IMG/VR virus record: IMGVR_UViG_3300036770_004568
Coordinates: 1 to 64,000 of that record
Strand: one strand, 5' to 3'
Source: a virus
DNA length: 64,000 bases
Shown: piece after piece, positions 19,852 to 28,181 of the stretch
Numbering within the stretch: the first letter of the stretch is position 1
How the letters are laid out: each line of letters starts with the position of its first letter
Position numbers and translations under genes: made by a program
Notes under the pieces: model-generated
The model's input: the letters and a program-made list of their open reading frames with translations, nothing else
Database searches by the model: none
Told to the model about the DNA's origin: nothing

Positions 19852-20637
19852 ATGTCCGTTGATAATACTACTTCTAACCCACAGCCAACGGCGAATCCAC
19901 CGCCCACTGCTTACACGGAGCAAAAGCCTCATCTTGATATTCCGTTGCCTCACGGAATTCCCAACATCTCATTCTCAGCTGATGGTGTTATTGCTCTTGG
20001 AGCACTAGCCTGGATCCTGTGGGATCGCCTACTGAAAAATCAGATTGTCACCAAGCTCGATGGTGTCTTTGCACCTATCGAAGAGGAGCGCAAGCTCAAC
20101 AATCTGTTGGCCCAGGTTGGTGTGATTACCAATGCCAGTCGGGTTGTGTTGGCTGCCTTCCACAATGGAGCCATTGACAACTGTGGGTATCACTTGACCA
20201 AGCTCTCCACGATCAATAGTTACACCGCACCAGGGAGGCTGCCGATGTCGGTGCCGATTCGGGATCTGCCGGTGGGCCGCATCATGATCGAACTGGAAGA
20301 GCTCTTGGCATCCACAGGGGATTGCTGGGTCATCACCGAGTACAAAGACTCACTTCCTGCTCCTTGCAAAGATCATCTGAGGAAGAACAACATTCAATGG
20401 ATGTACAACCGACTAGTGAAGGTCGGTAATCTTCCCATTGGGATCTTGTCATTGCAGTATGACCAAGGTGAACGGCGTCTGCCGCCAGTTAACAATGAAC
20501 CCCATGTTAAGCTTCTTGAGGATCTGTACAATCAGATTTCAGTCATTATGCGTAGACGGATCATTCATCCTGGTCCATTGCGCAAATTGTTGATGCGTCT
20601 CAAGGGTGGTGGTATTGAGGGACGCAATGCTCGTTAG
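19852..20637 (+). CDS. membrane-anchored protein with probable GAF-like domain
   Basis: Single TM then ASRVVLAAFHNG...PIGILSLQY pattern. Confidence 0.6.
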   Translation: MSVDNTTSNPQPTANPPPTAYTEQKPHLDIPLPHGIPNISFSADGVIALGALAWILWDRLLKNQIVTKLDGVFAPIEEERKLNNLLAQVGVITNASRVVLAAFHNGAIDNCGYHLTKLSTINSYTAPGRLPMSVPIRDLPVGRIMIELEELLASTGDCWVITEYKDSLPAPCKDHLRKNNIQWMYNRLVKVGNLPIGILSLQYDQGERRLPPVNNEPHVKLLEDLYNQISVIMRRRIIHPGPLRKLLMRLKGGGIEGRNAR

Positions 20638-20718
20638 TGCTTGGACAACAAGACGAATTGGGCATTTGTGATCATCCACTAAAGTTCTGCTATACTAAAG
20701 ACAAGTAGCAGAGCGCCA

Positions 20719-21609
20719 GTGCAGCAGCTTTGGGAACCTAATGTCATTAAGACGGGACGTGCTTCCCGTAAACAAGGTCCCCAAGGCCGCAGCTATATCA
20801 CGCCCTATGGCTATCTGCCGAGTGTTACCACAATTCGTGAAGGGGTCTCCGACGCCAAAAGCAAGAAGCGTCTGGAGATGTGGATTAAGAAGAATCCTGG
20901 TGCCAGTGAAGAAGCGAGTAAGCGTGGAACCCATATCCATGAGATGTGTGAGTATCATCTTCGCAAACTTCCGTACCAGGTCAATCCGGCCTATGCGGAC
21001 TACTGGGAGGGCATTCCCAAGATCTTGGATCAGTTTTCACGGGTAATCTGGTCCGAGCGTCCCATGGGCAATGATTTCCAGTGGACGATTGGCAGTGACG
21101 AGATTGCTAGGCTCTGGGGCCACGTGGTTGATGAGAATGGCTGCATCTTGGGTTGGGCTGGATGTCCTGACCTCATTGGTGAGGCTGGAGGGAAGCTCAC
21201 CCTGGCTGACTATAAAACCAGTGTGAATCCCTATTGTCGTCACATGCCTGGCCGTGGGGTGACCCGCTACTCAGATGAGTGGAAGGCCCAAATGTCAGGT
21301 AATGCCAAGTTCAAGAAGGCCGCGCTCCAGATTGGTGCTTATTCCTTGGCATCAGAGGAGACCCTAGGACTTGAGATTGAGCAGGGTGCCATCATCGTTG
21401 CGACCAAGTCTGAGACCCAGCTCTTCATTCTTAGTCGTAGTGACGTCAAGTACCAACAGAAGCTGTGGATTGAGACCGTCAAGAAGTACTACGACGAGCA
21501 CGAAATTCCTGACCAGGATCACCCTGAAGAAGTGATCAACACTCAAGATACGGTCATTGCTGAGACTCTTACCGTTGAAACTCTCACTGTTGAGTCGGTA
21601 GCCGTTTAG
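20719..21609 (+). CDS. PD-(D/E)XK exonuclease (MGME1/Cas4-like)
   Basis: PSVTTI, RGTHIH, SE, AGCPDLI, LADYKTS, LQIGAY. Confidence 0.9.
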   Translation: MQQLWEPNVIKTGRASRKQGPQGRSYITPYGYLPSVTTIREGVSDAKSKKRLEMWIKKNPGASEEASKRGTHIHEMCEYHLRKLPYQVNPAYADYWEGIPKILDQFSRVIWSERPMGNDFQWTIGSDEIARLWGHVVDENGCILGWAGCPDLIGEAGGKLTLADYKTSVNPYCRHMPGRGVTRYSDEWKAQMSGNAKFKKAALQIGAYSLASEETLGLEIEQGAIIVATKSETQLFILSRSDVKYQQKLWIETVKKYYDEHEIPDQDHPEEVINTQDTVIAETLTVETLTVESVAV

Positions 21610-22587
21610 TTGAATCTATGAAAACTTGCAAGTGCTGCAAGCAGGAGCTTCCGCTAAGTTCTTTTTATGAGCATAGTGGATGTCGTGATGGTTATCGTCC
21701 TGAATGTAAACAGTGTACATGTAATAACCAAAAAAAGCATAGAGCTGCTAATACCGATAAGATTAAAGCAAGGCAAAAACGCTATCGATCAAATCTTCAA
21801 GAGAAGAATAAGACTTATCAGCACTCCGACCCGATTAGGTGTAGAGTGTGCAAAGAGGTGAAGCCTCCTTCAGAGTTTCATAATAACAAATCACGTAAGA
21901 CGGGAAAGAGTGATGTTTGTAAGTGTTGCTGCAGCATTTACCAAAAAGGCTATCGAGCGAACAATAAAGAGAAAATACGCATCTCTTGGAAAAGATGGTA
22001 TGAATCAAACAAGGAGCGAGTAATTACTCAGCATCGAGAGTATTACGCGGCTAATCCTGAGAAGAGACGTACATACATGCAGCAATATCAACGTAAACAT
22101 CGCACAAGAATTCTAGCCCTTCGTCGTCAGTGGCGACAAAAGAACCCGGACAAGATAAGTGCTTCCACGAAATCAAGGCGTTATCAGTCTGATCTCATGG
22201 TAAAGTCTCTTACTCCATCTGAAGTATCTGCGCGAAATAGGATTTATCTTTTTCGAGACTTCCTGAACCTGCTCTTTCCATTAACTGGCTATCTGTTCCA
22301 TGTTGATCACATTGTACCACTCGCTCGCGGTGGGACTGAACACCCTGATAATTTGCAAATACTGCGTGACAAAGAAAACCTATCAAAGGGATGCAAGCTT
22401 GCCCACGAGGCTTCACTAAAGCCCTTGCCAGTACCAGAATCATTTTCCGGACTCTTAACAATGAAGCTCTATTCTGATCTCAGTAAAGAAGTTGAAATTG
22501 TTGAGGTATATCATCTTTGGATTCAGCACATCAAGAAGTACTACGACGAGCACGAAATTCCCGACCAGGATCATCCTGAAGAGGTGG
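21479..22587 (+). repeat. direct repeat pair (21479-21535 and 22531-22587) duplicating the exonuclease 3' end
   Basis: TCAAGAAGTACTACGACGAGCACGAAATTCC(T/C)GACCAGGATCA(C/T)CCTGAAGA(A/G)GTG, 54/57 identical. Confidence 0.9.
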
Positions 22588-22661
22588 TGGCGACGCAAGA
22601 CGTAGTTGTTAACCAAACGGTAACCGTCGATACCGTGACCGTCGAGACCCTGGTGGCTTAG
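21618..22661 (+). CDS. HNH homing endonuclease with two Zn-finger repeats, fused to a copy of the exonuclease C-terminus
   Basis: HVDHIVPLARGG.EHPDNLQ....EN..K; two CxxC..F...CxxC repeats; AT-richer than neighbours. Confidence 0.9.
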   Translation: MKTCKCCKQELPLSSFYEHSGCRDGYRPECKQCTCNNQKKHRAANTDKIKARQKRYRSNLQEKNKTYQHSDPIRCRVCKEVKPPSEFHNNKSRKTGKSDVCKCCCSIYQKGYRANNKEKIRISWKRWYESNKERVITQHREYYAANPEKRRTYMQQYQRKHRTRILALRRQWRQKNPDKISASTKSRRYQSDLMVKSLTPSEVSARNRIYLFRDFLNLLFPLTGYLFHVDHIVPLARGGTEHPDNLQILRDKENLSKGCKLAHEASLKPLPVPESFSGLLTMKLYSDLSKEVEIVEVYHLWIQHIKKYYDEHEIPDQDHPEEVVATQDVVVNQTVTVDTVTVETLVA

Positions 22662-22887
22662 CGCATGCAGCCAGAAACTGACGAATTCTGAGAAGAGGAA
22701 ACGTCCTGTCGCAGTTGCCTGTACTGCATCTATGCGAGACCTGCATAGTTGAGGACTGTAAACTTTCAATGAGGCGACCCTAAAAGCAACATTAAGCCTC
22801 TTGGGATCAGTAGACTCTTGCTGATCCCGACCACTGCGCTACTACCTGTAGTCGCGTAGGGGAAGGCAATACCACCGCCCAAGGCAC

Positions 22888-23235
22888 ATGCCGTCAGAAG
22901 GACCGAGGACCACCACTGTTCCAGACAACACCCGTACTGGTCAACTGTCGATTCTATCCGAATCGATACGGACCATTCTCAACACGTCGTACTTGATGTC
23001 TGTTGAGAACAATACGTTATACTTCTGTCATTCCAGTAAGGAGAAGATGCATTGGCTTGTCAATGATCTGACTTCTTCACTGATTTTTAGTCATGCCAAG
23101 CAATTGGGATGTGACTACGTTCACTTCCATTACTATGGCAAGGTGTCTGTGTCCGGTGGTTTAACTTACATCCGTAATAGCATTGCGAATCATGCAAAGA
23201 AGTTGCGTGAGAAAGAATTCACGTTGACAATTTAG
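22888..23235 (+). CDS. hypothetical protein
   Basis: 115-aa ORF. Confidence 0.55.
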   Translation: MPSEGPRTTTVPDNTRTGQLSILSESIRTILNTSYLMSVENNTLYFCHSSKEKMHWLVNDLTSSLIFSHAKQLGCDYVHFHYYGKVSVSGGLTYIRNSIANHAKKLREKEFTLTI

Positions 23236-23957
23236 ACGGTCGAAAGACCATTGCCTTCTTCTGACTTTCCGTTCTCTGCCGTTGGTTCCGTATTGGAGCC
23301 AGCGGCATTTTCTTCGGCTTCACTCAATTCCAGTTTGCTTTGCAGTTCATCAATGTCACAACGCAACAGAGAAGCCAGTCGCACCAGGAAGTTGAAGTCG
23401 GGTTTGATGCCCTGGTGTAGTGAAATGATTTCTGGTTCACCGATGCCGTAACTCTCTAGCAGGGAGATCCACTGGGCTGGTGTGTTCACCCTGGAGCGTT
23501 CAGCTTCAATCATGTCAACAATGGATTGATTGGCTGATGTTTCTTCTGGTTCATCACTGGGTTGCAGTTTCAGCCTTTGAATCTCTTTGCGGATCAGGTC
23601 ACTGACCAGGGAGAGTAGTGAGGAGAGCAGCTGGATATTGGTGATGCTGCGGATACTGCTCTCTAAATTGTAGAAACTCATGGACCGTTTCCAATGTCCA
23701 TTGATGAGGTAGTGCAGCAAGTCATCAATGGGTACACCATAGAGGTGGGAAACACGCTGCATGGTTAGTGTACGGATAGAGAGGGGATGCACCTTCCCAT
23801 AGACATAATCACGGATGCAGGACTGTGATACACCCAGGTATTCCTGTCCTAGTCGTGCTTGACTAAGACGCCTGTAATCCATAATCTCCTTGATCACAAC
23901 ACTGAACCTTTTGCGGGCACCAGTGTTTAAGAGAACATCGTCTAGTTGGTTGGTCAC
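23232..23957 (-). CDS. XRE-like HTH transcriptional regulator
   Basis: LSQARLGQEYLGVSQSCIRDY..G and a second KPDFNFLVRLASLL HTH-like segment. Confidence 0.7.
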   Translation of the reverse strand: MTNQLDDVLLNTGARKRFSVVIKEIMDYRRLSQARLGQEYLGVSQSCIRDYVYGKVHPLSIRTLTMQRVSHLYGVPIDDLLHYLINGHWKRSMSFYNLESSIRSITNIQLLSSLLSLVSDLIRKEIQRLKLQPSDEPEETSANQSIVDMIEAERSRVNTPAQWISLLESYGIGEPEIISLHQGIKPDFNFLVRLASLLRCDIDELQSKLELSEAEENAAGSNTEPTAENGKSEEGNGLSTV

Positions 23958-24096
23958 TGCTCTATACCGAGTGGCTGTAGAACTTCCAAGAGTCTAAGGG
24001 CTATCAGGACGCAAGCGAGTCCAAACACTAGATCGCTTAACAATGCCCCCTTCCCGTTCACCACAAGTAGACTGGTACTTGACCTAGTGGCGTGGC

Positions 24097-27000
24097 ATGG
24101 AGAAGCGGGAGTCCCTAAAGAAAACCTTAAATCCTGGCGAGATCAAACTGGAGTGGATCCCCAAGAATTGGCCCCTGACCCCGTTGGGTGCCTACAAGAA
24201 TGCCTATATCCAAGACTGGCAATCTAACCCGTTCTCTATTGAAGAAATTAGAACGGAAATTAGCCAAGGCCGATGTAAAGGTGTTGGCGTCTTGGGAGGT
24301 CCCTGCTTCAACGAACGTTTTGGTTTGGTGTGGGTGGATGTCGATGGACAGTCGGTCCAGTCCAAGATTGAGGAGCTCTCACACCTTCCCTATGCGGAAG
24401 CACTGCCCGATACCCTGACGATCTGCAGCGGTCGTGTGGGCCGTGAGCGCAGATTGTACAAGGTCTTGGCTGAGGACTTTGAGATCTTTGTTCGCAACAA
24501 ATACTCTTGGCAGACCGATACCCCTGGTGAAAAACTAGAGATCCTCTGGTCCAACCTTCAAGGTGTGGTCATGGGACTGCATCCGGAGACCAGTGGCTTT
24601 TACACCCCTGATGGTCTGGGCTTTGAGTGGGCCACGGATCTCCCACTGATTCCCAGTTGGCTCAAAGATGTCATCACCTCCAAGAATGCGCGGATGGGTG
24701 GTGCCGCCAAACGGGTCACCCGTGTGGAAGGTCCTGGCTTTGCGTTCTCGCTGATTCAGGATTCCTCCAGAGATCGGGCCATGGCAGTCGAGGCCATGTG
24801 GTCGTTGCCGAGTGAGTTGGCGGATGACTATGACACCTGGATCATGGTTGGCCAGGCCTTGCATTCGGTTGATGATGAATTACTGGAGCAGTGGGATGCC
24901 TGGTCCCAGCAGTCAGAGAAGTATCAACCTGGTTTGTGCGAGCGCAAATGGGCGTCGTTCAATGCCGGATCGGGTGTGGGGCTGGGAACGCTCATTGAAC
25001 TCAGCAAGAGAGTCTCCAATGTCGTCTATGAGCGACTGGAGCGTGAGAATGCATCACTGCCTGAAGATGATGACCTCGATCAAATCGAGAAGATTCGTCT
25101 TGAGCAGATGATGATGCTTGAAGGTGTGGTGGAGCAAACCATTGAGAACACCACTGAACTGCATCACATCCATGAGGTGCTAGAAGAAGTTGTGGATGTG
25201 GTCAATGACTTTGCTGGTCAAAACCTTGTTGTTGATGAGTCATCGCTCGATACGGATAGTCCTGAACCCTCACTACCATCGCTGAAGAGAAATCCTCCCG
25301 TCAACATCATGCGGGACATGATTCTTTTCAAGATGGCTGGGAGTATTCTCTATGATCCAACACAGGAGTCCTATTACAGATACAGCCATAGATCAGAAGG
25401 CGTGTGGGGCAAGCTATCAAGTTTTGAAATGAACTCCATCATCCAGAACTACCTGGATGAAATGCACCTGCCCAAAGGCTATTCATCAGGGACGGTTCAA
25501 TCACTGATGGATCTCCTCGGACCACGGCTGGGTCAGGTGGAGTGGAACAACAAGCCCAACTTGCTGTGCTTCAAGAATGGGGTTCTTGATACCGAGACCA
25601 TGACCCTGATGCCCCACAGCAGGGACTTCTACATGGTCACCCAATTGCCATTTGACTACGACCCTTCTGCAGATTGTCCCCGTACCAAGCAGTGGATTGC
25701 CTATACCCAATTCAACAATGAGGAGATGGTCAAGGTGCTGCAGGCCTGGTTGCGTGCGGTGCTGCTGGGACGCCATCAACTGCAGATGTTCCTGGAATTG
25801 ATTGGTGCTGCCGGTGCTGGTAAAGCTCAGCCCAATGACGCTCGTATCTTGACGCCCGATGGATGGCGCCATTTGGATTCCATCAAGGTCGGTGATCATG
25901 TGATTGCCGCTGATGGCAATCCATCGTTGGTCATGGGGATCTATCCGCAAGGACGCAAGGAGATCTTTTCTGTTGTCTTTGATGATGGCAGTGTGGCTGA
26001 GTGCTGCAATGAGCACCTCTGGCAGATCTACATCGGTGACAATCGCAACCACTACATCTGGACACTGGGGCAGATCCAGGAGTACCTCAAGAAATGTCCT
26101 GATGCACGGATCTCAATTCCTCTCTGTCAGCCAGTGCAGTTCCCTGTGCAGCAGATCCAGGCGGAACCCTACGCCTATGCACGGGAAGTCATTGATTTGA
26201 TGAACAGTGGATCGGAGTCCAACAAGATTCACTGTATCCCGATTCAGTACAGACTGAATACCATCTCTGTTCGTCTGCATTTCCTGCAGGGTCTGATGGA
26301 CCTAGCCGGTAGCACCAGGGAGGATGGGATGTGTGTGTTTGAGTGCAAGGAAGAGTACTTTGCTTCGGACCTGGCTTCGATCATCCGTAGCCTGGGAGGT
26401 AAAGTTTGGGTGCGTCCGCAGAAATCCAGGTCCAAGAAAAACCCTGTTGTGACCTATCGGTTGGAGTTCTTCTTGCATCCGATGTTTGCCCCCTTCCGCC
26501 TCAACGATGAGAAGCTGGTGGAGTGGCGTAAGGCTTACAACGGCTTTGCCCACACCAAGGTGATTGACAAGATCACGTTCTCTCGCTACTCAGAAGCGCG
26601 TTGCATCTACATCAACAACCCAGCTCACCTGTACATCACGGATCACTTCGTGGTGACGCACAATACTTCGTTCTCAAACCTGTGTGTGGCCCTGGTGGGA
26701 ACTGAGAATACCTTTAGCACCAGGCTCAGCCTGCTGGAGAGCAACCGCTTTGAGGTCAGTGGTGCCTATCAGAAGAAGCTGATTGTGATCGCCGACTCGG
26801 AGCGCTATGGCGGATCGGTGGATACGCTCAAGGCATTGACAGGTGGTGATCAGATTCGCTCGGAGCAAAAGTTCCAGCGTCAAGCCTCTTCGTTTGTGTA
26901 CACAGGAATGTTGGTGCTCACGGCCAACGAGAGCTTGCAGACCACAGATCCCAGTTCCGGTCTGTTCCGGCGCCGCCTGACCGTTCCTTTCTCTCGCTCC

Positions 27001-27663
27001 AGGGCTGGGCAGAAGAATATTGAACTGATTGCCTTTGATGCACTGGGCAATCCTTATGGGTATCTGGCTGGTGAGCTCAGTGGCGTGGTGAACTGGGTGC
27101 TGTCGATGAGTGAGGAGGAGATGCTGGAGTACACCAAGAACGCCACAAACCATATCAAGGTTCTCAAAGAGCAGAAGGCTGAGTTGCTGTCTGAATCCAA
27201 CACTCTGATCGACTGGATGCAGGAGCGGATCGTCTTTGATCCCAATGCCGCAACGGCGGTGGGTCACAAGCAAGACGCTGAGGCGGGTCAGTTCTCCGTG
27301 CGCAATGCCGAGAGCTGGTTGTATGCCTCTTATGTCGATGCCTGCCGCAAAGCCAATGTTCGCGAAGTCGGGCGCCCCAGGTTTGTCCGGTTGCTGGAGG
27401 ACATCTGCATCAACCAGCTGCGGGTCAAGGTGCTGAAGATCAAGGGCAAGAGGACCCGTCACATCTTCAAGGGTTTGGCAATTCGCAAGGCTGATTCGTT
27501 CTATGACGGATTCCCATCGATTGTGGACTATGCGTTCAATGCGGACAAGTGGGAGTATCTGTATGGTTCACAAGAGACCATTGAAGAGCAGTTGAAGCAA
27601 GACCTGGTGCTGGAGCATCAACCGTCCCAACTCAGTTCGGGAATCCCTGATTTACCGTTCTGA
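24097..27663 (+). CDS. primase-helicase (Prim-Pol, PriCT-2, D5_N, SF3 helicase) containing an intein
   Basis: WVDVDG primase motif; YDTWIMVGQAL..WDAWSQQS.KY PriCT-2; FKNGVLD D5_N; GAAGAGK|T Walker A; LKALTGGD, ANE, RR. Confidence 0.92.
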   Translation: MEKRESLKKTLNPGEIKLEWIPKNWPLTPLGAYKNAYIQDWQSNPFSIEEIRTEISQGRCKGVGVLGGPCFNERFGLVWVDVDGQSVQSKIEELSHLPYAEALPDTLTICSGRVGRERRLYKVLAEDFEIFVRNKYSWQTDTPGEKLEILWSNLQGVVMGLHPETSGFYTPDGLGFEWATDLPLIPSWLKDVITSKNARMGGAAKRVTRVEGPGFAFSLIQDSSRDRAMAVEAMWSLPSELADDYDTWIMVGQALHSVDDELLEQWDAWSQQSEKYQPGLCERKWASFNAGSGVGLGTLIELSKRVSNVVYERLERENASLPEDDDLDQIEKIRLEQMMMLEGVVEQTIENTTELHHIHEVLEEVVDVVNDFAGQNLVVDESSLDTDSPEPSLPSLKRNPPVNIMRDMILFKMAGSILYDPTQESYYRYSHRSEGVWGKLSSFEMNSIIQNYLDEMHLPKGYSSGTVQSLMDLLGPRLGQVEWNNKPNLLCFKNGVLDTETMTLMPHSRDFYMVTQLPFDYDPSADCPRTKQWIAYTQFNNEEMVKVLQAWLRAVLLGRHQLQMFLELIGAAGAGKAQPNDARILTPDGWRHLDSIKVGDHVIAADGNPSLVMGIYPQGRKEIFSVVFDDGSVAECCNEHLWQIYIGDNRNHYIWTLGQIQEYLKKCPDARISIPLCQPVQFPVQQIQAEPYAYAREVIDLMNSGSESNKIHCIPIQYRLNTISVRLHFLQGLMDLAGSTREDGMCVFECKEEYFASDLASIIRSLGGKVWVRPQKSRSKKNPVVTYRLEFFLHPMFAPFRLNDEKLVEWRKAYNGFAHTKVIDKITFSRYSEARCIYINNPAHLYITDHFVVTHNTSFSNLCVALVGTENTFSTRLSLLESNRFEVSGAYQKKLIVIADSERYGGSVDTLKALTGGDQIRSEQKFQRQASSFVYTGMLVLTANESLQTTDPSSGLFRRRLTVPFSRSRAGQKNIELIAFDALGNPYGYLAGELSGVVNWVLSMSEEEMLEYTKNATNHIKVLKEQKAELLSESNTLIDWMQERIVFDPNAATAVGHKQDAEAGQFSVRNAESWLYASYVDACRKANVREVGRPRFVRLLEDICINQLRVKVLKIKGKRTRHIFKGLAIRKADSFYDGFPSIVDYAFNADKWEYLYGSQETIEEQLKQDLVLEHQPSQLSSGIPDLPF
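25825..26664 (+). mobile_element. class 3 intein (280 aa) with degenerate LAGLIDADG domain
   Basis: Begins AQPNDARILTPDGW after GK, ends HFVVTHN before T; W(B12) EHLW, C(F4) ARCI, T(G5) VTHN; block E FLQGLMD, block H IRSLGG. Confidence 0.92.
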
Positions 27664-27710
27664 ATTCTGGCTATACTATACAAGAGTGTTGATTACCTCG
27701 ACGTTATTAC

Positions 27711-28043
27711 ATGTCTGACATTAAATTCACTTGGACTGTGACCAACCTGGAGCGCCAGTGCGATACGGGTCTGGTGCTTGGTGCTGCCTACATGGTGGAA
27801 GCATCCGATGATGTCTATAAATCCAGTGTGGTGGGCACCATCGAGTTCGATGCTCCTGAAGACGACAGCAGCATCGTTCCCTATTTTGATCTGACCCAGG
27901 ACCTTGTACTGGGCTGGATCAAGGAGAAGCTGGGTGAGGAGAACACCGCCAAGGTGGAAGACGCCCTCAACACGGCTGTCTCTGAGCAACGTCAACCAAC
28001 CCGTGCGCTTGGTATTCCCTGGCCTGTGGCTGCAGCTGCCTAA
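27711..28043 (+). CDS. fibre-associated small protein (paralog of 33056)
   Basis: FTWTVTNLER...YFDLTQDLVLGWIK...GIPW; flanks the fibre cluster. Confidence 0.7.
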   Translation: MSDIKFTWTVTNLERQCDTGLVLGAAYMVEASDDVYKSSVVGTIEFDAPEDDSSIVPYFDLTQDLVLGWIKEKLGEENTAKVEDALNTAVSEQRQPTRALGIPWPVAAAA

Positions 28044-28063
28044 GGCTACATGCATAGATTTAT

Positions 28064-28101
28064 AGCTCCAGTTCTCAACACCAGGGATCTGGAGCTTTTT
28101 T
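28064..28101 (+). terminator. intrinsic terminator
   Basis: AGCTCCAG...CTGGAGCT plus T-run. Confidence 0.7.
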
Positions 28102-28181
28102 CTTATGCTTGACGCATTCATCCTTGCTAGAATATGTGATAACTCAAGGCATCCATTTGGTTGTGACCGGCTGAGATAAGA

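Noticed and set aside
22678-22770. Hammerhead ribozyme (CTGACGA...GAAAC...GTA)
   Set aside because: Core words are present, but stem II lacks the closing pair and stems I and III need bulges at the core
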